Positions 27,220 through 37,026 of a DNA stretch of 64,000 bases are shown piece after piece. Below the pieces are notes generated by a model, which saw only the letters and a program-made list of their open reading frames with translations, was not told where the DNA came from and made no database searches. Each line of letters opens with the position of its first letter. The stretch's first letter is position 1. The translations under genes and the position numbers were made by a program. Origin of the DNA: an uncultured Gemmatimonadales bacterium (GTDB lineage Bacteria > Gemmatimonadota > Gemmatimonadetes > Longimicrobiales > Longimicrobiaceae); the NCBI GenBank assembly GCA_963716255.1, contig OY970303.1, forward strand, positions 1,024,001 through 1,088,000, given 5' to 3'.

Positions 27220-27999
27220 TCAGCTCGCCTGCTCCGGGGGCGGCGCGGCGCGCGCCCGGGGAGCACGGGGGGCGCGCGGCGCCCTGCGCGACAGCCGCCA
27301 CACCTCCGAGAGCGCGCCCCAGGGCCGGAAGCGGCTTTCCCGGTCGCGCCGGTCGTACCGCACCGACACCTCGGCGGCCTCGGCGCGCCGCGCGTGCGGC
27401 GCCACGGCCAGGAGCAGCTCCGCGTTGGCGGCCCACCCCTGCCCCGTCAGCAGCGGCTTTCCGTCGCGCTCGCCCAGCGCCCGCTTCAGCACGGCGACGC
27501 GGTACGCGCGGAAGCCGGAGAAGGGGTCGCTGATCTCCCGCGGGAGGGCGGCGCGGCCCAGGAGCCAGGGGAGCCCCCGGCGCGACCAGCGCAGCGCCCG
27601 CGAGTGCTGCGGGCCCGCCTCCACCGCGGAGGCGCCCACCACGTCCGCCCCGCCCTCCATGCGCTTCACCAGGGCGGGGATGTCCTCCGGGGCCTCGGTG
27701 AAGTCGGCCTGGAGCACCACCGCCACGTCGCGCTTGGGGTGGGTGGAGCGCGCCACCGCCTCGCGCAGCAGGCGCTCCAGCGCCGCCGCGTACCCCTGCG
27801 TACGCTCGTTGCGCAGCAGGGTCACGGGGAGGACGCGGGCGTACGGCTCCACCACCTCGCCGGTCCCGTCGGTGGAGCCGTCGTCCAGCACCAGGACGTG
27901 GTACTCGCGGGGAAACTCCGCCATGACGCGGCGGATCTTCCAGAGCAGGACGCCGACGGTCCGGGCCTCGTCCAGGGCGGGGATGCAGATGTAGATCAC
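27220..27999 (-). CDS. Glycosyltransferase family 2
   Basis: IPALDE, LDDGSTDGT, QAD, DPFSGFRAY. Confidence 0.85.
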   Translation of the reverse strand: MIYICIPALDEARTVGVLLWKIRRVMAEFPREYHVLVLDDGSTDGTGEVVEPYARVLPVTLLRNERTQGYAAALERLLREAVARSTHPKRDVAVVLQADFTEAPEDIPALVKRMEGGADVVGASAVEAGPQHSRALRWSRRGLPWLLGRAALPREISDPFSGFRAYRVAVLKRALGERDGKPLLTGQGWAANAELLLAVAPHARRAEAAEVSVRYDRRDRESRFRPWGALSEVWRLSRRAPRAPRAPRARAAPPPEQAS

Positions 28000-28003
28000 G
28001 TGG

Positions 28004-28993
28004 TCAGCCGGGTGTCGGGGCGGGGCCGTCGCCAGCCCCGGGAATACCCTCGGCGGAGGGAGACGGTTCCGGCGGCGGCCTGGTCTTCCAGCGCCGGTGG
28101 AACCAGAAGTACTGCTCGGGCGCGGCGCGCACGTCGGCCTCCAGCGCGGCGGCCATCTGCGCGGTGAGCCCGGCCACGTCGGCCTCCAGGTCGCCGGTGG
28201 AGTGCACGGGGACGCGGTGGCCGCTCACCTCGTAGCGCACCTCGTCGCCCGGGAGGCGGCGGGCGGTGCAGGCGAAGACCGGCGCGCCCAGCCGCAGCGC
28301 GAACAGGGCGGTGCCGCGGTGGGTGGAGGCGGGGCGGCCGAAGAAGGGGACGAACACGCCGGAGCGCCGCGCGTCCTGGTCGGCCACGATCCCCACGATG
28401 CCGCCCTCGCGGAGCACGCGCGGAACCTGGCGGCTGGCCTGGTGCATCTCGATGGTCTCCACCCCCAGCCGCCGCCGCAGCGCTTCCAGGCGGGCGTCCA
28501 CCAGCCGGTTCCCCATGCGCTTGACGATGGCGGCGATGGGGACGCCGCGCGCGGCCACGGCGGCGGCGGCGATCTCCCAGTTGCCGAAGTGCCCGGTCGC
28601 CAGGATCACGCCCTTTCCCTCCGCCCTGGCCTCCAGAAGCTCCTCCCAGCCGTGCGTGTCGGTGCGGCGCACCACCTCCGCGGCGTCCAGCCGCGACAGG
28701 CGCAGGATGGCCGCCGCCTCGCGACCCAGGTGCCGGTACGCGGCGCGCGCGGTTTCCCGGATCCACGCGTCGGACGCGTCGGGGTAGGCGATGCGCAGGT
28801 TTGCCTCCACCACGCCCCTGCGGATGGCGAGCGGCCCGCCCACCAGCTTCCCCGCGCCCGTGCCCAGCCCCGCCGCGGCGCGCTCGGGGAGCGCGGACAC
28901 GGCCCGCTCCAGCCCGCGCGCCAGCACGTACTCCACCCGGTGGGCGAGCGTGGGGCGCGCCGCCTCCGTCCTGGCCCCGCGCGCGGCGCTCAC
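28004..28993 (-). CDS. Lipid A biosynthesis acyltransferase (LpxL/HtrB family)
   Basis: TGHFGNWE, VADQ, VPFFG, PEQYFWFHRRWK. Confidence 0.9.
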   Translation of the reverse strand: MSAARGARTEAARPTLAHRVEYVLARGLERAVSALPERAAAGLGTGAGKLVGGPLAIRRGVVEANLRIAYPDASDAWIRETARAAYRHLGREAAAILRLSRLDAAEVVRRTDTHGWEELLEARAEGKGVILATGHFGNWEIAAAAVAARGVPIAAIVKRMGNRLVDARLEALRRRLGVETIEMHQASRQVPRVLREGGIVGIVADQDARRSGVFVPFFGRPASTHRGTALFALRLGAPVFACTARRLPGDEVRYEVSGHRVPVHSTGDLEADVAGLTAQMAAALEADVRAAPEQYFWFHRRWKTRPPPEPSPSAEGIPGAGDGPAPTPG

Positions 28994-30060
28994 GAGGCCG
29001 GGGCCCCGGCCCCAGCGGCGCCCCAGCTGGCGATCATCGCCGCGCTCTGGCGGTACGCCCCGTCGCGCACCCGCTGCCACCAGCCGCGGTGGTCCAGGTA
29101 CCAGCGGACGGTGTCCGCCAGCCCGTCCTCGAAGCTGCGCGCCGGCGCCCACCCCAGCTCCGCCCGGGCCCGCGCGAAGTCGATGGCGTAGCGGCGGTCG
29201 TGCCCCGGCCGGTCGGTGACGAAGCGGACGAGGTCCTCGGAGGCGCCCACCGCGCGCGCGATCTGCCGCACCACGTCCAGGTTCTTCCTTTCGCTCGCCC
29301 CGCCGAAGTTGTAGACCCGCCCCGCCCGGCCCCGCTCCAGCGTGGCCAGCACGCCGCGGCAGTGGTCGTCCACGTGGATCCAGTCGCGCACGTTGTCGCC
29401 ACGCCCGTACACCGGCAGCGGCTCGCCCTCCAGCGCGTTGACGATCATCAGGGGGATCAGCTTCTCCGGGAACTGGTAGGGCCCGTAGTTGTTGGAGCAG
29501 CGCGTCACCCGCACGTCCATGCCGTGGGTGCGGTGGTACGCCAGCGCCAGGTGGTCGGAGCCGGCCTTGCTGGCGCTGTACGGCGACGACGGGCGGATGG
29601 GCGTGTCCTCGGTGAAGGCGGGCTCGTCCGGCTCCAGGTCGCCGTACACCTCGTCCGTGGACACGTGGACGAAGCGCTCCACCTCGCCCGCGCGCGCGGC
29701 GTCCAGGAGGGTCTGCGTCCCCACCACGTTGGTGCGGACGAAGGGCCCCGCGCTGGCGATGGAGCGGTCCACGTGGCTTTCCGCCGCGAAGTGCACCACC
29801 GCCTGGAAGCGGCCCTCGGCGAACAGGCGGGCCATGGTTTCCGGGTCGGCGATGTCGCCGCGGACGAAGCGGTAGCGCCCCTCCGCCTCCGCGGCGCCGG
29901 CCACGTCGGACAGGTTCTCGGGGTTGGCGGCGTAGGTGAGCAGGTCCAGGTTCCAGACCTCCGTTTCCGGCCTTTCCGCCAGCAGCAGCCGCACGAAGTT
30001 GCTCCCGATGAAGCCCATCCCGCCCGTCACGAGGACGCGCTGCCGTGTCGTATCGTTCAT
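28990..30060 (-). CDS. rfbB: dTDP-glucose 4,6-dehydratase
   Basis: TGGMGFIGSNF, HFAAESHVDRSI, VSTDEVYG, PYSASKA, CSNNYGPYQFPEKLIP. Confidence 0.95.
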   Translation of the reverse strand: MNDTTRQRVLVTGGMGFIGSNFVRLLLAERPETEVWNLDLLTYAANPENLSDVAGAAEAEGRYRFVRGDIADPETMARLFAEGRFQAVVHFAAESHVDRSIASAGPFVRTNVVGTQTLLDAARAGEVERFVHVSTDEVYGDLEPDEPAFTEDTPIRPSSPYSASKAGSDHLALAYHRTHGMDVRVTRCSNNYGPYQFPEKLIPLMIVNALEGEPLPVYGRGDNVRDWIHVDDHCRGVLATLERGRAGRVYNFGGASERKNLDVVRQIARAVGASEDLVRFVTDRPGHDRRYAIDFARARAELGWAPARSFEDGLADTVRWYLDHRGWWQRVRDGAYRQSAAMIASWGAAGAGAPAS

Positions 30061-30118
30061 GCTGGTTTCGTCTTGGCGTCTGTTAGCGTCGAACTGCGAC
30101 GGCTTCGGGCCCGGGTGC

Positions 30119-30266
30119 GGGCGTGCCCCCGGCTGCGCCGGGGTCGGGCTGCGGCTCCGTAGCAAACGATACTACCGTTTGCAACGGAGGCGAGCCCCGC
30201 GAAACAGCCCGCGGGTCTCGCCGCTTCGCGCTCGCATCCCTCACGCAGGGGCTCGCGCTGGCGTCG
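30119..30266 (-). repeat. Repeat family R1, copy E (most divergent, with compensatory changes)
   Basis: Reverse complement of R1; back-to-back with copy F. Confidence 0.9.
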
Positions 30267-30414
30267 GCGGGGGGCGCCCCCACCCGGCTCGCTTGGGGCT
30301 CGCCACCCTCCCCCAATCCTGGGGGAGGGCTTCCCGCGCCTCGGCTTTGCCATGCTCCCCCTTTCCCCCGCTTGCGGGGGAGAGGGGGCCGGGGGGTGAG
30401 GGGGCCCACACTCG

Positions 30415-30576
30415 CGGACGCCAGCGCGGCCCCGCGTGAGGGATTTCGGCCCGAAGGGGCGAGACCGCGCGGCACCTCAGTTCATTGGTGCTGGCGCGGG
30501 CTCGACTCCGTTACGCACGGTTGTTTCGTGCGTTACGGAGCCGCAGCCCGACCCCGGCGCAGCCGGGGGCACGCCC
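30415..30576 (+). repeat. Repeat family R1, copy F (extended first arm)
   Basis: R1 core with an insertion in the GAGAC arm. Confidence 0.95.
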
Positions 30577-30602
30577 AAACCCTGCCGTTCACCCTGCCGT
30601 CA

Positions 30603-32375
30603 TCACTCCCCCGCCGCCTTCGCCAGCAGGTACGCCGCCTGGAGAACCACCAGCCGCCGCAGCGGGTGCCAGCCTTCGCGCACGGCGCGGGCCACGTCGT
30701 CCTCGGTGGCGCCGGGGGCGAACACCTGCGCGAGCGGCGAGGCCAGCAGCGGGTGCGCGCGGCGCAGGTCGTCCGCGGCGCGGGAGCCGGCCACGTGGCT
30801 CCACTTGGGCCACGGGCCCTGCCGGGCGCGCAGCTCGCCGGTGGCGAGGGCACGCACGCCGCGGACCGCCGCCAGGCCGGGGAGGAGCGCCAGGTTGGCC
30901 GCGCGCCCGAAGTACGGGTAGCGCCAGCGCGCGTGCGGCACGTGCCAGGTGCGCGCGAAGAACGGGCGCATGGCGCGGTGGAAGAGCGCGCGCCCGGTCT
31001 TCCACTTCGCCGGCGCCGCGGCGGCCACGTTCACCACCGCGTTGCAGTGGAAGGCCTCGTGCGCGGCGAACAGGCGGCGGTTGCCGTGCACGTTGGCGGC
31101 GTGCCTGCGCATGGAAAAGGGCCACACGCGCTCCCACTCCGCCGCGGACTCGGGGCGCAGCTCCGCCAGGCGGTGCCGGAAGGCGGCGCGCCGCTCCGCG
31201 ACGGCGTCCGCCAGCTCGTCGCGCACCGGCGCCGTGGGCGGCAGCTCGGCGCGGATCTGCGCGGGCGCCGCGCGGCTCCCGCTGGGGCTCTCGCCCAGCT
31301 TGTCGGCCTTGAGCAGCGAATCGGAGGAAAGGCCGCCCAGCACGACGGGGAGGTCGCGGATCCCCAGCGTGTCGTGGAAGCCGTAGCCGTGCACGTCCAT
31401 GAAGAGCTGGCCGCTCCCCACCAGCGCCGCCACCTCGGCGAAGCCGCGCGCGTAGTGGTCGGGGTGGCGGCGCCCCATCACCAGCTCCGCTCCGTGCGCC
31501 CGCGCCACGGCCCTCGCCACCCGGACCTCGCGGTTTTCGCGGTCGCCGAAGACGAAGGCGCGCACCCCGGTCCCCTCCGGCACGGCGCCCAGCACCGCGC
31601 GCGAGTCCTCCCCCCCGCTGAGCAGCAGCCCCACCCGGGATTCGCCGTGGCAGGCGGCGCGCACGTCCTCCGCGAAGCCGTCGCGCAGCGCCTCCGCCGC
31701 GTCGTCCAGCGAGCCGTACGGGCAGCGCTCCGTCGGCCGCCAGTACGTGCGCCCCGGCCCGCTCCACCCCGCCGCCGCGAAGGCGCGCTCGGTCCCCGGC
31801 CACAGCTGCTCCACGCCGCGGAAGACGGTGTGCGGAAAGGTGACGGTCAGGTTGATCACCAGGTCCGCCGCGGACACCGGGTCCACGTCGCGGCTGCGCC
31901 CCGCCGCCCACGCGACGGCGTCCACGTGCGTCCCCAGCACCAGCCCGCCCGCCCCACCGTCCGCCGCTTCCGCGGCGAACACGGGCACGAACGCGAACAG
32001 GTCCGTCAGCACCCGCCCGCTCCCGGAGGACGTGTCGATCGCGAGCGCCGCGAACTGCCCGTCCAGCCGCTCGTCCCACGCGGCGGGCTCGTCCGTTCCC
32101 AGGAGACGGTGCACGGCCCCCCTCAGGTCACCGGTGGAGGCCCGCCCCGCGGCGTGGGGCGCCACCCGCACCACCGGGTCGCCCACGAGGACGCTGATCC
32201 ACCGCCCGTCCTCCACCAGCACCGCGCGGTCGTGGCGCGCCAGCGCCACCGCCAGCGACCCCCAAGCGCCGTGGTACTCGTCCACGCGCTCCGTGACGGG
32301 AGCCAGGTAGCGCTCCAGGTGACCGCGCAGCACCCCCGGCTCCACCCGCCGCGTGCTGAACAGGAAGTCGCTCAT
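30603..32375 (-). CDS. Asparagine synthetase-related protein
   Basis: LDGQFA, TD..AFVPVF, LLLSGGEDSR; no N-terminal Cys. Confidence 0.75.
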   Translation of the reverse strand: MSDFLFSTRRVEPGVLRGHLERYLAPVTERVDEYHGAWGSLAVALARHDRAVLVEDGRWISVLVGDPVVRVAPHAAGRASTGDLRGAVHRLLGTDEPAAWDERLDGQFAALAIDTSSGSGRVLTDLFAFVPVFAAEAADGGAGGLVLGTHVDAVAWAAGRSRDVDPVSAADLVINLTVTFPHTVFRGVEQLWPGTERAFAAAGWSGPGRTYWRPTERCPYGSLDDAAEALRDGFAEDVRAACHGESRVGLLLSGGEDSRAVLGAVPEGTGVRAFVFGDRENREVRVARAVARAHGAELVMGRRHPDHYARGFAEVAALVGSGQLFMDVHGYGFHDTLGIRDLPVVLGGLSSDSLLKADKLGESPSGSRAAPAQIRAELPPTAPVRDELADAVAERRAAFRHRLAELRPESAAEWERVWPFSMRRHAANVHGNRRLFAAHEAFHCNAVVNVAAAAPAKWKTGRALFHRAMRPFFARTWHVPHARWRYPYFGRAANLALLPGLAAVRGVRALATGELRARQGPWPKWSHVAGSRAADDLRRAHPLLASPLAQVFAPGATEDDVARAVREGWHPLRRLVVLQAAYLLAKAAGE

Positions 32376-32589
32376 GGCGCCGCCCTGCCGGGCAACGGCG
32401 AGGATGGCAGGGGTGAGCCGGCGTCCGCGGGCCCCCACCCGGCGGCCTGAGAGCCGCCACCCTCCCCCGTTCCGGGGGAGGGGAATCTCCACTCTGACGA
32501 TCCTCGCCTTCCGGTGTGTCGTTGCAGTGCTCCCCCTTTCCCCCGCTTGCGGGGGAGAGGGGGCCGGGGGGTGAGGGGGCCCGCCCCCA

Positions 32590-32740
32590 CGGACGCCAGC
32601 GCGAAATCCGCGTGAGGGATTTCGGCCCGAAGGGGCGAGACCCGGCGGGGCTGTTTCCGCCGGGGCTCGACTCCGTTAGGCAGCGTTGTTTGCTGCCTTA
32701 CGGAGCCGAAGCCCGACCCCGCGCCAGCGGGGGCACGCCC
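32590..32740 (+). repeat. Repeat family R1, copy G
   Basis: R1 core. Confidence 0.95.
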
Positions 32741-32751
32741 AAATCCGCAGT

Positions 32752-33813
32752 TCAAAGCTGCTCCTTCGAACGCAAAACCCCGTATCGGTCCACCGCACGC
32801 TGCACCCGCTCCAGCACGTCGTCCACGGTGATCTGCTCCATGCGCTCCCGCTTGGGCGCGAAGCCGGAGGGATCGGGCTCCTCGCCCGGCTCGGTGTAGC
32901 GGTCCACCCACAGGTCCTGGTACCGCCGGTACGGGCCCGCGCGCCAGGGGTTGGTGTGCCCGTACAGCCCCACCACCGGCACGTCCAGCGCCCGCGCGAT
33001 GTGCAGCGGCCCCGTGTCCGGCGCCAGCACCAGCGCGCTCCGCTCGATCATCCACGCCATGCGCCGGATGGGGTCGCCCATGGCGGAGAGCGGCCGCCCT
33101 CCCGCGAGCGCCTCGATCTCCCCGGCGATACGGCTTTCGCGCTCGCCCCGGCCGCCCATGAGCACCGCGCGGAAGCCGAAGTCGGCCTCCAGGGCGTCCA
33201 CCACCCGCGCCCAGCGGTCCGCGAGCCAGTCCTTGCGGTGGATGGCGGAGGCGGGCACCACCGCCGCGACCGGCCGGTCCATCCCCGAAAAGAACTCCGC
33301 CTGCTCCGCCCGCTCCTCGTCCGTGAACTCGATCCGCCACGCCGGGTCGGCGGGGACGGGGACACCCAGGTGCTCCGCGAACTCCAGGAACATGTCCACC
33401 GTGTGCCCGCGCGGGCGCGGCTCCAGGTGGTGGTTCGCGGCCAGCCACACCCCCTCGAACGCCCGCCCCCGGTCGAACCCCACCCGGTGGCGGGCGCGGG
33501 ACAGCAGGGTGGGCCACACGCTCTTGGTGTACACGTTGAGGTTGAGCGTGACGTCGAAGCGGCGGCGGCGCAGCTCGCGCGCCAGCTCCCACACGCCCCG
33601 CGCGCCCAGCTTCTTGCGGTACACCACCACGTCGTCCACCGAGGGGTGCGGCCGCAGCATCAACGCCGCCATGGGCTCCACCACCCAGGTGACGTGCAGC
33701 GACGGGTCGTGGTCCTTGAGCGCGTTCACCAGGGGGAGGCCGTTGACCACGTCGCCCAGCCCGGTGAGCAGCACCACGCACACGCGCCGCCCGGGATAGC
33801 GGAGCGGCGTCAC
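32752..33813 (-). CDS. Glycosyltransferase family 9 (heptosyltransferase-like)
   Basis: GLGDVV, KDW, APDTGPLHIA, LYGHT. Confidence 0.9.
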   Translation of the reverse strand: MTPLRYPGRRVCVVLLTGLGDVVNGLPLVNALKDHDPSLHVTWVVEPMAALMLRPHPSVDDVVVYRKKLGARGVWELARELRRRRFDVTLNLNVYTKSVWPTLLSRARHRVGFDRGRAFEGVWLAANHHLEPRPRGHTVDMFLEFAEHLGVPVPADPAWRIEFTDEERAEQAEFFSGMDRPVAAVVPASAIHRKDWLADRWARVVDALEADFGFRAVLMGGRGERESRIAGEIEALAGGRPLSAMGDPIRRMAWMIERSALVLAPDTGPLHIARALDVPVVGLYGHTNPWRAGPYRRYQDLWVDRYTEPGEEPDPSGFAPKRERMEQITVDDVLERVQRAVDRYGVLRSKEQL

Positions 33814-34976
33814 GCGGCCCCCGCGTGGTGGAAGGGGAGCCCCAGGAGCGCGGCCTCCACGCCGTCGATCATCCGCTCCACGCTGAACCAGTGCTCCAGC
33901 CGCCAGGCCGCCTCGTCCACGCGGGCGTCCACGGCCGCGCCGCCGTCGCGGAGACCGCCCGCGACCTCCGTGAGCGCGGCGGCGAGGGCGGGCGCGTCGT
34001 CGGGCGGCACGATCCACCCGGCGGCGGGGCGCCCCTCCCGGGGGGCGAGCACGTCCCAGGCGCCGCCCACGTCGGTGGAGACGACCGGCCTGCGGGCGGT
34101 CACCGCTTCCAGCATGGCCACGGACATCCCCTCGCTGCGGCTGCTCAGCACGAACACGTTGCTCGCGGCCAGCACCGCGGCGACGTCGGCGCGCTGCCCG
34201 AGCAGGTGCACGCGGTCCGCGACGCCCAGCGACTCCGCCCGCGCCCGCAGCGCTGCCCGGTCGGGGCCCTCGCCGGCCAGCACCACGTGCAGACCCGGAT
34301 CGGCGGCATGCGCCAGCGCGGTCACCAGCACGTCGAAGCCCTTGCGGCGCTCCAGCCCGCCCACTCCCACGGCCACCCGGGCGTCGGCGGGAATGCCGAG
34401 CTCCGCGCGGAGCGGCGCGGGGGGCGCGGAGTGCAGGCGCACGCCGTTGGGAACGTAGTACACGGCCTCCGGCACGAGCCCCGGCACCGAGGCGAGAAGG
34501 TGGTCGCGCACGGCGCGCGAGTTGGCGACCACGGCGTCGGTGTAGCGCGTGAGCGAGCGGCGGTGCTTCCACCCCTCGATTCCGGTGGGGATGGGCTGCA
34601 CGGCGCCCAGGCGGAGGACGATGCGGGGGACCCCCGCGCGCCGCGCGCTCCACCCCGCCCCCAGCAGCCGCACCCACGAGGTGAGCAGCGCCGCGTCCGG
34701 CCGCTCCCGCCGCAGCCAGGCGATGAAGCGGCCCGCGCTCCACGGGTCCAGGTCGCCGCGCGGGCGGGCGCCGACCGTCGGGATGCCCAGCCCGGCGAAG
34801 GCCTCCCGCACGGGCCCCTGCTCGCGGCAGGACACCACCAGCTGGTGCCCGCGCTTCAACAGCTCCTCCGCCACCAGCAGGCCCTGCCGCTCGTTGCCGC
34901 GCACCGAGGGGCCGTCCACGTGCATGGCCACCTTGAGGCTGCGCCGCCCCGCCGCCGCGTGCGCCCGGCCGCTCAC
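33810..34976 (-). CDS. Glycosyltransferase family 4
   Basis: VANS, VPNG, RKG, SRSEGMSVAMLEA. Confidence 0.9.
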   Translation of the reverse strand: MSGRAHAAAGRRSLKVAMHVDGPSVRGNERQGLLVAEELLKRGHQLVVSCREQGPVREAFAGLGIPTVGARPRGDLDPWSAGRFIAWLRRERPDAALLTSWVRLLGAGWSARRAGVPRIVLRLGAVQPIPTGIEGWKHRRSLTRYTDAVVANSRAVRDHLLASVPGLVPEAVYYVPNGVRLHSAPPAPLRAELGIPADARVAVGVGGLERRKGFDVLVTALAHAADPGLHVVLAGEGPDRAALRARAESLGVADRVHLLGQRADVAAVLAASNVFVLSSRSEGMSVAMLEAVTARRPVVSTDVGGAWDVLAPREGRPAAGWIVPPDDAPALAAALTEVAGGLRDGGAAVDARVDEAAWRLEHWFSVERMIDGVEAALLGLPFHHAGAA

Positions 34977-36055
34977 GCGGGCTCCGCGAGCAGGCGCTCC
35001 CAGCGGTCCAGGAACCCCTCGAAGGAAAATTGCTCCTCCACGCGCTCCCGCGCGGCCGCCGCCATCTCCGCCAGGCGGGCGGGATCGTCCAGCATCCGCC
35101 GGAGGGCGGCTGCGATCTCCGCCGGCCCCGGGGCGACCACCAGCCCGGGGCGCCGCCCGTCGGACAGCGGCTCCAGCGCCTCCTCCGCGCCGCTCACCGG
35201 CGAGCTCACCACGGGGACGCCCGCGGCCATGGCCTCCAGCATCGCGTTCGCCATCCCCTCGCGGTCCGAGCAGACCACGTGCACGTCCAGCGCGTCCAGC
35301 ACGTCGCCCACGTCGCCGCGGAAGCCCAGGAAGTGCACGCGCTCCGTGATCCCCAGCTCCGCCGCCAGCGCTTCCAGGGCGGCCCGCTCGTCGCCCTCGC
35401 CGGCGAGCACGCAGTGCACGTCCGCGGGGAGCAGCGCCACGGCGCCCAGCAGCCGCTCGAAGCGCTTCTGCTTGGCCAGGCGGGCCACCGCGCCCACGGT
35501 GCGCGCCCCGGCGGGGAGGCCCAGCGCGCGGCGCACGGCCCCCGGCTGGCCGGAGCGCGGCGGGACGCGGACACCGTCGTACACCACGCGGACGCGGGTG
35601 GGGTCCAGCTCCGGGTCCGCCGCCAGGAAGGCGGGGCGCATGACCCCGGCGTTCAGCGCGATCACGTCCACGAAGCGCCGCAGCGCCACGCGGTAGCGCG
35701 CGCCGCGGGGCACGTCGGTGGAAAGGACGATGCGCTGCACCACCCGCGGCACCCCCGCCAGCCGCGCGCCCATCCCCGCCAGGAACACCTTCTTGAAGGT
35801 GGTGAGCACCAGCGCGTCCGGCCGCTCCCGCCGCAGCACGGCGGCGAAGCGGAGCGCGTCGGGGAGCATGGCGTCCCCGCCCACGCGCGCCACGCCCGTG
35901 GGGATCCCGTAGCCGCCGATCCGCTCCGCCATCGCCTCGTCGCGGCACAGCATCTTCACCCGGTGCCCGCGCTCCTGGAGCCCGGCGAGGAGGTGCGCGG
36001 TCCCCAGCTCGCCCCCGCCCAGGATGGAGGAGCCGTTGTGCGCCAGGACGTACAT
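34973..36055 (-). CDS. Glycosyltransferase family 4
   Basis: GGGE, ARLAKQK, SDREGMANAMLEAMAAG. Confidence 0.9.
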   Translation of the reverse strand: MYVLAHNGSSILGGGELGTAHLLAGLQERGHRVKMLCRDEAMAERIGGYGIPTGVARVGGDAMLPDALRFAAVLRRERPDALVLTTFKKVFLAGMGARLAGVPRVVQRIVLSTDVPRGARYRVALRRFVDVIALNAGVMRPAFLAADPELDPTRVRVVYDGVRVPPRSGQPGAVRRALGLPAGARTVGAVARLAKQKRFERLLGAVALLPADVHCVLAGEGDERAALEALAAELGITERVHFLGFRGDVGDVLDALDVHVVCSDREGMANAMLEAMAAGVPVVSSPVSGAEEALEPLSDGRRPGLVVAPGPAEIAAALRRMLDDPARLAEMAAAARERVEEQFSFEGFLDRWERLLAEPA

Positions 36056-37026
36056 CAGGGGGCGCCGGCTCCCTCGCTCCGCAGCCAGCCCACGAAGCGG
36101 CGGATCCCCTCCTCCACGGGGACCCGCGGGTCGTAGCCCAGCAGGCTGCGCGCCTTGTCCACGCTGGCGAAGGTGCGCGCCACGTCGCCCGGCTGCGCGG
36201 GGAGCCGGCGGATGCGCGGCTCCACCCCCATCTCCGCCGCCAGCAGCGCCAGCAGCTCGGACAGCGGCACCGTGCGGCTCTCGCCCAGGTTCACGAGCTC
36301 GAAGGCGCCGGGGTGCGCCAGCGCGTAGCGGATCCCTCCCTCGATCCCCTGGACGATGTCGTCCACGTAGGTGTAGTCGCGCTGCGTGCCGCCGTCGCCG
36401 TACACCGGCAGCTCGCCGCCCTCCGCCATGAGCCGGGCGAACTTGTGGATCGCCAGGTCGGGGCGCTGCCGCGGGCCGTACACCGTGAAGAAGCGCAGGC
36501 ACAGCACGGACATCCCGTACAGGTGCGCATAGGTGTGCCCCAGCAGCTCCGCCGCGCGCTTGCTCGCCGCGTACGGGGAGATGGGGCGCCCCACCGGGTC
36601 GCTTTCCGAGAACGGCACGTGGGCCGCGTCGCCGTAGACGCTGGAGCTGGAGCCCAGCACGAACGCGCCCGTGCCGCGCCGCCGCGCCAGCTCCAGCATG
36701 GCGCCCGTCCCCTCCACGTTGGTGCGCAGGTAGTCCAGCGGCCGCTCCAGCGAGGGGCGCACCCCCGCACGCGCCGCCAGGTGCACCACCGCGTCGAACG
36801 CCCCCTCGTCCAGGGCCGCGTCCAGCGCCTCCGGCTCGCACACGTCGCCCACCACCAGCCGGAAACGGGGATCCCCCTCCAGCGCGGCGAGGTTGCGGCG
36901 CTTGGTCGCGGGGTCGTAGAACGGGTCGAAATTGTCCACGGCGACCACGTCGTCGCCCCGCGCCACCAGCCGCTCGCAGAGGTGGGAGCCGATGAAGCCG
37001 GCCCCCCCGGTGACCAGGATCCTCAC
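36055..37026 (-). CDS. NAD-dependent epimerase (UDP-glucuronate 4-epimerase-like)
   Basis: TGGAGFIGS, HLAARAGVRPS, SSSSVYG, YAASK, RFFTVYGPRQRPD. Confidence 0.9.
   Translation of the reverse strand: MRILVTGGAGFIGSHLCERLVARGDDVVAVDNFDPFYDPATKRRNLAALEGDPRFRLVVGDVCEPEALDAALDEGAFDAVVHLAARAGVRPSLERPLDYLRTNVEGTGAMLELARRRGTGAFVLGSSSSVYGDAAHVPFSESDPVGRPISPYAASKRAAELLGHTYAHLYGMSVLCLRFFTVYGPRQRPDLAIHKFARLMAEGGELPVYGDGGTQRDYTYVDDIVQGIEGGIRYALAHPGAFELVNLGESRTVPLSELLALLAAEMGVEPRIRRLPAQPGDVARTFASVDKARSLLGYDPRVPVEEGIRRFVGWLRSEGAGAP

Noticed and set aside
30603..32375. Lasso peptide cyclase
   Set aside because: No lasso precursor, B1/RRE or B2 protease gene nearby; the context is polysaccharide biosynthesis
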